A stretch of 64,000 bases of DNA from Octopus vulgaris. Lineage: Eukaryota. A program made the position numbers and the translations under genes. The DNA lies in NCBI GenBank assembly GCA_951406725.2, contig OX597836.1:48360001-48424000 (forward strand). The letters are read 5' to 3'. Positions 11,955 to 25,300 of this stretch are shown piece after piece (the first letter of the stretch is position 1; every line of letters begins with the position of its first letter). The notes beneath the pieces are model-generated. The model searched no databases. It was not told the origin of the DNA and saw nothing but the letters and a program-made list of their open reading frames with translations.

Positions 11955-13303
11955 ATATATCCACCGATGGAAGTGGAATGATGAAAGTGCAACAGTGACA
12001 AAAACAAAAAAAAAACCAAAGGGCATTTACACATATAAAGGGACAGACTTAAAAAAGGAAAGAAGGAATCTGTGACAGGTTTGCTACAGACTGGGCACAG
12101 ATTTGCCAATTTGAAGGCGGATTCAGGGCTGGCGGTCAGTGTGGGTTTGGCCTGTAGTGTCTAGGGTTACAGGTAGGGGGACACTTGGGTGGGTTAAGGA
12201 AGAATGAACAAGGGAAGGCATTAGAAACAAAAACACAGAAGCAGCAGTGAAGGAAATGATGCATTTATTATTAAATGGTCTCTATTAAATACAGCCCTAT
12301 GTTTAACATAGGAAATGAGCTTTTGGGGGAAATGTCCACATCTCAGAAAAGTCAACTCACTTTTCTATTAATTTTCACAAAAAAATGTCTGGATGAGTCC
12401 ACCATCCGAGCAATTGTTAATAGTTTCAGCATTAACATCAATGAATATTCAATGGGTTTTGTTCATGAGATAAACGTACATACAAACATGCACACACACA
12501 CATATATATATGCACACACACACACAATTTTATTTTTCTCTTTTTCCCCCCATCACACTCATCCACCCACACAAATGTATTTTTTTATGACCAAAAGAGA
12601 CAAATATAAAAAGTCATTTCATCCTCTGGCCAATTATTTGTGTCATTCATTAGCTCCATGACCGACATCTTCAAATGTCTATAAACGATTTTTTTGCAGA
12701 GGGGGTGGGGGTGGAAATTCAATTTTGGTTCATTTTGTAAATTACATGTTCTACTTGTGAGAATTTGCATAAGAAAGTAATGAGATTTACCTAGCAATGA
12801 ATGTTAATTAACCTTACCTTGATAATTAATCAATCTGCTGCCCCAATTAGATGAAACATTTACAATTCATTTAAGCCTGATGGATTACGAAAATAGCAGT
12901 TACTAATGGTCATATTGGTAGTGATTAGCTCACAACTAACTGCAATCACATTTGGTCAGTTTAAAATAAAATTGGTTTCAAATTAAATAAAACATGACTT
13001 CCTCTACTTGGTGGGCTTTTTTTTTTTTTTAACTCTGTGAAATAAGTTTCACTGATTTTCAATTTAATTCTATTAAATATAATTTGTGAAAGTATATTAG
13101 TTTTTCAAAATATAAACAGTAAGAACTGACTTTATGAAACTTGTTCTCTTTAACCAACTAAGACTAGTCACCAAGACTAAAACAGAGATTTAATTAGGAA
13201 GTTAAATATAGGTTCATAAAGCAGTCATTTATGAATATATGCATATATAAATGTTTGGGGGGGGGGCCTTTTATGTATAAATAACTGAATTATCAACAGC
13301 TTG

Positions 13304-13363
<60 letters not shown>

Positions 13364-13710
13364 AATATATCTTAAATTTCACACTAAGTAATCTATGTTT
13401 CTTAAATACTAAATTTTCTAATAAAATCAACAGAATTTCCTGGGACAGTGAGATTTTTTGAGAATACTGAAAGGTTTTGTATTTAATAAGGAGACAGAGA
13501 GAGCGAGAGAAAGAAGTAGAGGTTGTTGAAGAGACAGGAAGGGTTCTGTTAGGAATGTTAAAAGACCTAAGAAAATGTTAGCTGTTTTTTAAGTACATTT
13601 TTGCCATTGCAGGGAGTTAAGAAGTCCCCCAATATTTTGTTGGTATAAACCACAGGTTTTTACCTGTAGAATATATTGGAGAAAATGTCTTGAAATTAAC
13701 TTTGCATTGA

Positions 13711-13850
13711 TTAAATTATTACTTTTCCGGTGCCAAAAACCATATAAACAATCCAACCGAAAATACATACAACAGCAGTTTGGCTGAAAACCGCTCCCCA
13801 ACTTTTTGTCGCTTCCAGAATATTGCCAGCAATGTAAACCCCTACAAAAC
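13711..13850 (-). CDS. SLC17A9: SLC17A9 last coding exon
   Basis: (G)[45 protein letters not shown]; tttttgcag acceptor; TAA at 13711-13713. Confidence 0.95.
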
Positions 13851-16800
13851 CTGCAAAAATATGAGAAAAAAATAATCCTAAATCTTTGTTTACAAAGCAA
13901 TAAATGTGAGAAGAAATATAAAATTGTTTTGAGCAGAGAAAACAAGTGAAACAAGCAATGGCAACTCTAATAGGAAGAATGGTAAGATTCCCTCCTTAGC
14001 CAGACATGTTCCCACTGAATATTAGAAATGCAGGATGCCACTTGTATGAGGGTGGCACTCGTTTACAACAATTATGTGATGTCAAGACAAGGACACACAC
14101 ACACACACTGTTATAGAGACACAAACATAGCATAGGAGAAAAAAAAGGACGTAAAAATAGTTGACCAAATAAATACTGTCATTTACATTGATTTCTTTTA
14201 TGAAGTGACATTTACATAAACTTTATTGGACTTATTTGATAAAGAATAAGAAACGGACAAAGACAGAAGAAATCCTACCTGGGATTGCACCTGCCATGTT
14301 CATGATGCCTGAAACCAAAATAGAAAAGAACAATTACATATAATGTTCATAATAATAATAATAATGAAATTATAGCGTATAGTGCTCAGGTGCACTACAG
14401 CTTATCAAAGATGTATGTACAGTACATAGAATTATTTACAAATTATTTACAAATGTGCTGGTGGCACATAAAAAGCACCATCCGATCGTGGCCGTTTGCC
14501 AGACTCGTCTGGCACCTGTGCCGGTGGCATGTAAAAAGCACCCACTACACTCATGGAGTGGTTGGCGTTAGGAAGGGCATCCAGCCGTAGAAACATTGTC
14601 AGATCAGACTGGGCCTGGTGCAGCCTTCTGGCTTCCCAGACCCCAGTTGAACCGTCCAACCCATGCTAGCATGGAAAGCGGATGCTAAACGATGATGATG
14701 ATGATGACAGGAAAAATGAACAGTGTACGAGTCCTGATATACATGTGTGCATGTGCATGGAGTGGGGGATATCAGGTATAGTGTTGGCGAATTTCAGGAA
14801 GCATGGAGGTTTTAAAGGATGCAATGTCTTGGCAGCTAACAACTGATGCAGGTAGTTTGTTCCATGCTTCAGCAACTCTGAGCGTGAAAAAATGTTTCTG
14901 AAAATGATGGGAGCTGTGCTGTTTTCTGACTTTGTAGGCATGCCCACATGTGTTAGACACATGGAGCTCAAAAAGGTGCTCAGGGTGGTTGTTGGCAACA
15001 TGGTTAATAATTTTGTGGGTGTTAACCAAGTCAGTTGCCAGACGTCAGAGCTTCAATGTATCCCTGCCCAGGGAAGCAAGGCTTGGTTGCACATCTCTGA
15101 ACAGTTTCCAGGAGGTCAATGTCCTGAGCAAGATAGGGCTTCCAGACTGGTGATGCAAATTCCAAGTCGGCTACACCATGGCCATATACAGCCTTAAATA
15201 GATAGCTGAAGAGTGGCTGACAAAGATCTTGCTGTCAAATGAGGTTATAGGAAATTTCACCATAAACATTTTTGCAGTAAAAAATAAATAAATTACAAAC
15301 AGAAAAGAATGAGAAAAACAAAAGTTTAGCTGTTTTCTTGAAATGACAACTTTCTCAATTAACGTACAAATTAGAGAAAGGTAATTTCTTTCAAATGAGT
15401 TTTCTTGTTTACAGTTAGTTTGTGTGTCGTCTTTGTGGCGAAATTTCCTCAAGCAAATTTGCCAATGTTTACAGTGACTGCTCTGGATATGATCTAATGA
15501 ATACAGAGTGTATTACAGGTTTGTAATATACACACACCCCTAATGTATGAAGTGTACTGAAATGGGTGTAAGGAGTAAGTGTGTGTGTGTGTGTGTGTAG
15601 TGGCATGAGTCAAGTGGAGGACTCCACTAAATACATGAATATACTTCCAATTAACAAACTGATTAATTAACTCATATGTTATACCATAGTTTCTGTTTGT
15701 AGATGCAAAATATAAAAGAAACAATTTTTTAATCTTTGTATTTCACAGATTTCAAGCAATATACATTCGTTTCTAATGAGTAAATTAACCAAATTCAATT
15801 ACATAATTAGTGAAATAAAAGAAAGATTATGGGGAATGGAGGCTGGAAGAGTGTATGTATAGATAAGAGTGTGGTTATGGCTGAGCCTCTGTATGTGTGT
15901 GTGTGTGTGTGTGTGTCTAATTGCATGTGTTTTAATGAATAAGCATATTTTTAAGGGAAGGGAGATAAAGGGAATGAAGACAACCTACCGAAAACAGATC
16001 CTGCGTGTTTGGGAGCAATGTCCTGGGGGTTTATTAATATCCCGCTGCCATGGAAACCACAGCAGGCAACTGCACATGCGAGGCAGAAGAGGGATGCTTC
16101 AAAGCTTGATGTATATCCGATCAGCATAAGAAATATAGCACTTCCACACAAGGCTACTGTCTGCAAAACAATAAAGATTACTAATCAATCAAAATTTGAT
16201 AGACTATTGACAATTACTGATTATTTCAGTGTGTCTACTAGCCTACTGTTGATAAGTTGTGTTGAGGTAAACTGTGATGGACTCCCTCGGTTGAAGATGG
16301 TGTACGAGCGTTCGGCTTTTGCCAAACACCCCTACACAAATAATTAGCTTATGGTAATCAAATGCTCATATGCCACTCATTAACTCACTCCTTCCAGCAA
16401 ATCGACATTACCTGTACAGGTGTCAAAGTGGTCATAGAACAATGCAAAATGAAGCATTTTGCTCAAGAAACACAACACATCACCCAGGAATTGAAACCAC
16501 AATCTCACAATTGTGAGTGCAACATCCTAACCACCAGGCCATGTGCTGTACATTAAATATTAATTCACTACTTACATACCTGCAATCCACTGAGTGGATC
16601 CCTCCTGAGCAAAGCTCTACCCGCCCCAATCCTAATGTAATTACTTTTGCAGATAAAGGTGAACGGATGGATCCTACGAGCGGTGGAAAACTTCACCTAC
16701 CTGGGCAGCACTCTCTCCTGCAATGCCAACATAGATGCTGAAATCATCAACAGAATCTCCAAGGCAAGCAGCGCGTTTGGGAGACTGCGAAAGAAAGTCT

Positions 16801-18839
16801 GAGAGCGGAGAGGAATCAGCCTCAACACCAAGCTGAAAGTCTACCGGGCAGTCGTGCTTACCACCCTACTATACGGCTGCGAGACGTGGACTGCTTACCG
16901 AAAGCACGAGCGCCAGATAAACCACTTCCACCTCAGGTGTCTTCGGAACCTCCTTCACATCCTCTGGCAGGACAAAGTCCCAGACACGGAAGTTCTGAAG
17001 CAGGCAGATCTCCCTAGCACCATCACGATCATGCGCAAGGCCCAGCTGAGATGGGCAGGCCACGTCTCCCGCATGTCCGACACTCACATCCCAAAACAGC
17101 TCTTCTACAGTGAACTCAGCCAGGGCAAATGCAAAGTCGGAGGGCAGAACAAGCGTTTCAAGGACAGCCTCAAAGTCTCTCTCAAGGACTTCTCCATCGG
17201 CACAGAGACTTGGGAGACACTTGCTGCCGACCGCTCATCCTGGCGCAGCGCAATCACCACAGGAGCAAAGACAGCCGAGGAGAGACGGATTCAGTCAGCA
17301 GAACAGAAACGCCAGATGCGGAAAGCCAGAGCCACCTGCACCAATAGCACAGCCCCTACCCACTTCTGCCCCACCTGTGGGAGGGGCTTTCTTGCCCGGA
17401 TAGGCCTCACTAGCCACCTCCAGTCTCATAGCAGCAATTCCACCAAATGATGTCAATGGTCATCTTCGAACCAGAAGGACGAACATTATTATTATACTTT
17501 TGCAGACGACCAAACACCCTTCTCCATGTTGCAAGGGAAGAAGCATGCAACTCGGACATCGTCCTTTCCACCCTGTCTCCCTTGCAGCAGCACCGAACCC
17601 ATTGTCACTTCTGTTTGGATTATTACAGGATTGGTCATGATTTAACAATGTTTTATGGAAGAATAACTTCAAGGTATTTATTACTGCCAATTCAAGGAAA
17701 TGGCTGTTTTCTGTGGAAATATTCGACCAGGTAGTGTTGTATGTCACAATTTCAAATAAACACTATGAACTGAAGGTAGACAAATGAGAAAAAGGGAAAC
17801 ATTTCTAGTTTCATTGCAGTTTAGCTGTTTGGAATATAAGTATTGCTTCAACTTACCTCCATAAATTTTCTGACAAATGTCACAGTGTAACCTGATGTGC
17901 GACAGAATAGAAAGAATATAAGATCAATAATCACAAAAGACATCTAATAATACATTTATAAATATTTTAACAGTTCATTTAGCCAAGTACTTTAATACAT
18001 AAGATATGTATATCAGTATAGTAAAGTTTAAACTCTCTATGTTGGGGAACTATAGCAGTCAAGGGTGGTTACAGATGACAGTGTGGATGGAACACAGTAG
18101 AGATAGAATCAAGGTTAACTGTACCTCTGTTGCTAGAACACAACAGAGGTCCTGAGGTACTGTCTGCAATTGTAAGCAGCTTCAACACTGTGGGGTTATT
18201 TGTTTTGTTAAAAGGAATGTCTAACTGTGTGTCCACCCAGGGAAGTGAGATTTAACTTTCATCAATCTTTAATCATTTAGTAATACAATGAAATATTAAG
18301 CCCAATTTTTCCAGTTTTTAAGTTTTAATGCATGGTTATTTTCATTCCTTCCTTGGGGAGTAGGGGGGGGCGATGGTAAATGAAGAACATGCAAGATTTA
18401 TTTTTAATGCAAATTGGTTTCATACTAAATGATAATGAAAAGTTGATGAGGAGTCAAACGAGAATTCTTTAAGTTTTTTCTTTTTGACAAAAGCAAAACT
18501 TACCTTTGCATATCATGACATCTGCTAACCAACCACTGAATATGGAGCTTGGAATGGTCACTACCCATGGGACCACATTAAATACCCACCCCTAGAACAA
18601 AAACAAACAAAAAAAATACATGAATTTAAAAAAGTTTCAATGCAAACATTAAGTAAGAGACTCAATAACATCATAGAAGAGGAGGAGGAGGCTGAAGGTT
18701 GGTTGTCCGTTGCAGGTGAGCATGGCATGGTGGCTTGTGTCATGATTTTGCTGGGTGTCGTTGTGGCCTGTGTAGTTGTGAGAGCAGACAAAGTCTCTCT
18801 CTTGGCTGACCCACTCTTGACCCTGCAGGAAGTGACAAC

Positions 18840-18893
<54 letters not shown>

Positions 18894-19628
18894 TGGTGGT
18901 GGTGGTGGGGTCTGTACTAAAAGTTGACTGCTGTTCATTTTTAGGTGAGGTTGGCCTTGGCCGGTACTTAAAAGGTGTTGCTGCTTGACAGGTGGGCCAA
19001 GGGAACCATGTCGTTCATTGAGCACTCTCCTTTGAAGGCTTACACCACCAGACAGGCAGTCGTGGGCTCTGGCAGCTGGAACTGTTTTGTAGAGTCCTGT
19101 AAAAGAACTTGGAAGGTTGGGCCTCCAACCAGGCCTTTCCTGATACCCTTACTTTTCAGCCCCACCCCCTCATATAACCAGTCTGGAAAGTCAGTAAACT
19201 GGTCAGACATGTACAACGAAAACAAGATCACTTGGTGAGTCAAATGAAAAAAAGAACTAGGAGTGGCTGTGTGGTAAGTAGCTTGCTAACCAACCACATG
19301 GTTCCAGGTTCAGTCTCACTGTGTGGCACCTTGGGCAAGTGTCTTCTACTATAGCCTCGGGCCGACCAATGCCTTGTGAGTGGATTTGGTAGACGGAAAC
19401 TGAAAGAAGCCTGTCGTATATATGTATATATATGTGTGTGTTTGTGTGTCTGTGTTTGTCCCCCTAGCATTACATCCCCGTCACTTAGCAGTTCGGCAAA
19501 AAGAGACCGATAGAATAAGTACTGGGCTTACAAAGAATAAGTCCCGGGGTCGATTTGCTCGACTAAAGGCGGTGCTTCAGCATGGCCACAGTCAAATGAC
19601 TGAAACGAGTAAAAGAGTTATGAACATT

Positions 19629-19693
<65 letters not shown>

Positions 19694-22322
19694 TGTTGTT
19701 ATTAGATGAGCTTTTTCAATGGAAGAGAAGTGTTAATCCCTGCAGCAATAAGCAGACAAAAGAAGGGTCTTTTGGAATGTTTTGGATGATAAGGATCCAT
19801 CAAGGACTGTGAGGAAGTGTTGGCTGTCAATATCCACAGGAGGAAAGAAAATGGAGGATAAAAAAATCATGCAGTCATATTTTAGTAGACCTTCCACTTT
19901 TTGAGAAAACATCATCATCATCATCATAAATTAAGGCCCAGTTTCCATGCTGGGATGAGTTGGATGGTTTGACAGGATCCAGTGAGCTCCAATGTCTTCT
20001 TTGACATGGTTCCTACAGCTGGATGCCTTTCCTAATGCCCACCACTTTACAAAGTGTTTACTGGGTGCCAACAGCACTAGTGAGGTTGCCAAGTAATTTG
20101 CAAGGCAAGGAAGAACAAGAAAAGGGGTACAGGTGTGTAGAGGGTGGCTTTGTGCCAGGTGTTGAGAGGTGAAGGTATAATAGAGGAAGAGAAGATATAC
20201 GGCTACCCTACTTTGTATAGGGGTGGGTGAAGGGAGAGAGTAGCTGTGAAGAAGACAGTGGTGACCGGGTGCCAGAGCGGATCAGGAGGGGACCGGAGAG
20301 GTAGGAGATGGAATTTAGTAATTAGTGGTGGACTAAAGTTGGTGTGGAAGCAATGGAATTTTAACAGAGGCAGGAGAGGAAGAGACTGGGTAGAAATGGA
20401 GAAAATCATGAGAGACGATGCCATTGGTAGCAATCCCATAATCCATCTGGAAAGCACTCACTGACCCACAGGATCCACTACTTCTCCAACCCATCTGGAA
20501 GCAGACCACTTCTGAGAAACATTTTGACAATGGCAAATTGGGAGAAACCACTGAAGCAAAATACTGAATAAAATGGAAATTGGATTGAATCTTTTACCTT
20601 TGCTGAAGGAAAACTTTCATGGAAATATGTTGGCATCCAAGATAAGAGTACAAAGAATGCATTATTTTGACAAAAGTGACCAACAATAAGGGACCTGAAA
20701 AAGAACAAAAAGACAAAAAAAATAATACTAAAAATGACACTAATGAACAAAAAAAGAAAACATTTTGTACACCAAGAATGAATGTAGCTAATTCTAATAG
20801 TATTTTTGTTGCAAGGTTTGTGGTATTTCTCTATCAAGTCAGCTGTGGGGTCCCATGTGGGGTCCTATGCTATTCAATTTATAAAGACTCAAAAGTAGGA
20901 TCAAAATGGCAATCCAGTAGATTAAAATACAGCTTGGTTTAATTTTTTCTGCTTCAAAGATGGCTCTCTCTCTTAAATGTTGGGGGCCTCAACCTTTGGC
21001 GGCATTATCCTAATATTTATCACTTAATGCACCAAGATTTTCCAGCAAAAGTGAGAGTCCAATAAACAAACGTTTTGATGACACATTGTCCCTCGTTCCT
21101 TGCAAAAGCTCATCAAAGTCACTTCTTATTTTCGGAATAGTTTGCAGCGTTGTGGTTTGCACAGACACTTTTCAAACTTTTATCGTGCAGCTTCTTCATC
21201 AAATCTCTCCTCTCTCAACTGAATCTCTGATCTGAATGGCCACAAACATGCCTTAACTTTGGCATCACTGATTCAAGGAAACTTAATTTGAAGCTGTTTG
21301 CAGTTTTAGTTAAGTTTTTCATAACCCCAAACTCAGTCTGCAAAGAAGGAAGAAGTAGTTTCTCAGAGTCAAGAAGGGATCTCTCCAAAACCCTTTTCTT
21401 GCCAGGAAGAATTCAAATAGAATTTGGCAAATCCTTCTGAATGTAGCCATCAAGCTTATCCCCTACACTCCTTCTCATTTAAAGAAAAAAAACCAAAAAA
21501 CTACTGTACATGGTGTGAAATAGATGCAGTTATAACAAAACTTCTCAAATATTCCATTTAATTTCATGGTGTCTTTCATGTGTGATAGTTACAAAAAGGA
21601 ATTTATTTCCATAATTAAGAAAAAGCTGACTTTAGAGGAATCAATGAACCACCGCCATTCATCCACATTATGTTTAGAAGCAAGAGGTACCAGGAACTGA
21701 CCTGGTTTGCTTCCCCAAAAGTGATTGCAGAAAATCAACAGAGCCTCTAGACTCTTGTAGGGAAAAAGTGGTCTTAAGAATTGCTAAAACCCAGACGGTT
21801 TATGGCCCTGTAAGGCTCTCAACAGCATGGAAAGCAACAAATGCAGTAAACTGTTACCGGAAACCATTTGTGAAGGAAACCGAAATAGGCGCAGGAGTGG
21901 CTGTGTGGTAAGTAGCTTGCTTACAAACTACATGGTTCTGGGTTCAATCCCACAGCGTGGCATCTTGGGCAAGTGTCTTCTGCTATAGCCCCAGGCTGAC
22001 CAATGCCTTGTGAGTGGATTTGGTAGACGGAAACTGAAAGAAGCCTGTCGTATATATGTATATATATATATATATATGTGTGTGTTTGTGTGTCTGTGTT
22101 TGTCCCCCTAGCATTGCTGGACAAGCGATGCTGGTGTGTTTACGTCCCCGTCACTTAGCGGTTCGGCAAAAGAGACCGATAGAATAAGTACTGGACTTAC
22201 AAAGAATAAGTCCCGGGGTCGATTTGCTCGACTAAAGGCGGTGCTCCAGCATGGCCACAGTCAAATGACTGAAAAGAGTAAAGAGTAAGAGTGGAAGATG
22301 GTTATTGTTTTTACAGGAGAGC

Positions 22323-22369
<47 letters not shown>

Positions 22370-25300
22370 AGGAGCTGTAAACCTTGGTTAGACAGCAAGA
22401 AATAAGCAATAAATGAATGGTTCCCCTCCTCACAGCAACGTTTGACCCTTCAGCATTCAGATTCTTCTTCTGTCAAACGCATTCCTTATTTATTCACATT
22501 GCTCTGAATCAATGAAGAATAATCTGATGGCTTTGAGATTGCAATGATGTGATTGGTCGTTTTGAGAATGATACTGTAGGGTAGGTGTGAGAGGCCTGAC
22601 CTGGCCAGTCTAAATGCTAAAGGGTTAATACAGAGATTAATTCAATGAAATGCTTCAAATATATCGACAGAAATGTCATCAACAGATATCTGAAGGTGCA
22701 ATATTTGCAGTGATGCACTTAAGCAGCTGCAATGAAGTGACATCATTTCAGCAGGTAAAATGCATAAGCAGCAAGAGCGCTTTCGGCTGTTCATCAAAAT
22801 GTCCCAGCATTAAATAAGTTGTGTTGAGCCCCTACTTATCTCATATCAGATATGTGCCTGTCATAACCATGGCAACTCTGAACACTGCCATATACATATC
22901 TTATGCGTGTGTGTGTGTGTGTGTGCAAAGTAAAATGGGTTTCCAATGCAATGTTCTACGGTGTGAAGATTAAAGGACTGAGGTGATCCAGATTTGATTG
23001 TTAGCTTCACTTTTAAAATAATAATAAAAAGAAAATAAATCTGTGGATTACAAATTCATAATAAATATCTCGGGTCATTGGATTGCAGGATTTCTTCTGG
23101 CTCTTTATGTTGTGAGTTCAACTCCCACTAAGGTCAACTTTGCCTTTCATCCTTTCAGAATCGATAACAAAGTATCGGTCAAGTACTGAGGTTGATGTAA
23201 TCCTCTGAATTACCATCCTTTAAAATAGAGGGTTTTATATTAAAACTGGAAGCAGTTATTCGTTAACCCCCATCAATTAAGACTGAAAATGAAGTAGACT
23301 TACCAAAATGCTAGTTTAGTGGACAATGTTAACCATGGGACAGAGGTATAGTCTTTGGGTACTGTCTTTCCTGGGGCAACGACATTATCAGCTAAGGAGA
23401 CAACCACATATTTATCCTGTTCTCTTGAAATGAGGCAATACCGCAACAGAAGCAGCCAGATGATGCCACATGTTCCTGGTAAGAAGAGAAGAAACAGACA
23501 CTCACGATACACCAATCAAATCAGATAAACAGACCAAACCCGGATTGTTCCTGGGACAAAAAGAGTCTGAAGAATAGAAAGACATTTATCTATTGCACAT
23601 GGAAGTTGCCACTCCAAAACTTGCAGCCTTTTATTGTCAGAGGAATATAGGTGTGTCTATAAGAACCCAACAACACTTAACTTCAATACTTCTTGATACT
23701 AGAGAGAATGTCTGTTGTAAGACTAAGGATCCCTCTCTACCCTGCAGCACTAAATCCCTCCATTCTCAAGTCATCAGGCTCCCTCACATTCAAACTCTTT
23801 ATTTCACTATCTTTTTTCTTTTCAAATTGCAAACGCACACAATTCAATACAAACTTTAATTTTTTTCCCTGTACACCATTCCAAGGAACTACACCAAGGA
23901 ACAATCAATATTTATGTTGGCAACATCCAACACTTCTAATATCCTCTGGAATGTTGTCTGGTTCAGTTCTACAATCTTACAAAGTGAAGTAGAAGAGAAC
24001 ACATCTCCACGGCAGGCAACTTTTTCATCAATTTTTAATAAGTTACAATAAAATAATTTTAATTATTCAAGTAAAACAAAAATGACTGCATTTCATCTTC
24101 ATTCCGTTACAGCTAGGGAAAGAAAGCTCCGATTAAACAGTCTCAATTATTATTAGTAATATTATTATTATTAGTAGTAATCTCAGATGATTAAAGACTG
24201 GGTCTTTGGATTAATATAGCTATATTAAATCTTTCTGAACTGTTATTTGACTGAAGTTAAAGCCTTGTAGTGTAAAACAGAATTTGTTTATTATTTTGAT
24301 ATAGAGGAGACATTTTAAGGGAGAAGTGTGAATCAGTTTCGTCCAAGCCTACTTGAGACTTTATTTCTAATGGGAAAGTATTAAAAATATGATTGAAATA
24401 GCATCTTATTGGATAATACAATTCTATGATTATCTCAAACAATAAAATATTTATCAGATTATAAAACAAAATACATGCAGGTTGGGAAAACTAAATTTTA
24501 ATCAAGCACAACGCCATAATTAAAGTAAAAAAATCTATGGCTTTGTTTAAATCACAGAAATAAATAAATCCCACCAGAACCAGTTGAATTTTGTCAAATG
24601 CCAAATTCCAAGGGACAAATTATTGCTTTCGGTCTTTTATGAAGACAATATAATATAAATGTTCAGAATAGTTTAAATAATTACCAAACTCTGATCATTT
24701 TTTTAATTTATGTCTATAAAGTCGATATTTTGATCAGAGTTATTAGAAGCAAGAAATCTCAACATTGCCAAGTTCTTTTAGAAAGTTGAGTGTTTATCTC
24801 CAATAATAATGTTTACTCACCTGTAAAATAGAATGCACTGTGCCAGCCATAATTGTCTAAAAGAAGGGATCCTAGGCTGCCAGTGAACAGAGTACTAGAA
24901 GCAAAGGAGGAAATTTCAAATGTTAGAGATGTCAGCAAAATTGTAGAAATTGGAATAAAATTCAAGTGGTTTGTTTGCGAGTGAAAAGAAAGGAACTTCT
25001 TTCACTGATGCAGATGTTAGGATCAAACCTTCACAAAAATAATTTATAAGAAACTTTATAAGAAAGACTGGAAAAGCTCCAAGGGAAAAACTGCATCTTG
25101 TACCTGTTTCAGAGCATTTTTTTCTTTCGTAATATGATACATCGTCATTGGATTGAAGATGCTTATTCTGCACCTGATCACTCTTGTGTGTCATCATCCT
25201 CATCATTTAATGTTCACTTTTTTGTGCTTGCATGGGTCAGACGGATTCTGTTGAAGCAGATGGCCTACAGCTGGATGCCCTTCCAGTTGCCAACATTCAT

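Noticed and set aside
11565-12109. Recurrent ORFs such as [13 protein letters not shown] / [12 protein letters not shown] throughout the window
   Set aside because: Chance frames in SINE family A and RTE 3' UTR copies, not a protein family.
13589-13954. 121-aa minus-strand ORF over the SLC17A9 last exon
   Set aside because: Wrong frame; the spliced frame gives FVGVYIAG...GTGKVII*.
18945-19233. Possible antisense exon (ttttag|...|gtgagt) inside SLC17A9 intron 7
   Set aside because: No recognisable coding potential or partner exons; more likely an unclassified TE fragment.
21888-21960. tRNA-like A/B boxes as tRNA genes
   Set aside because: These are SINE heads continuous with SINE bodies; no complete cloverleaf.
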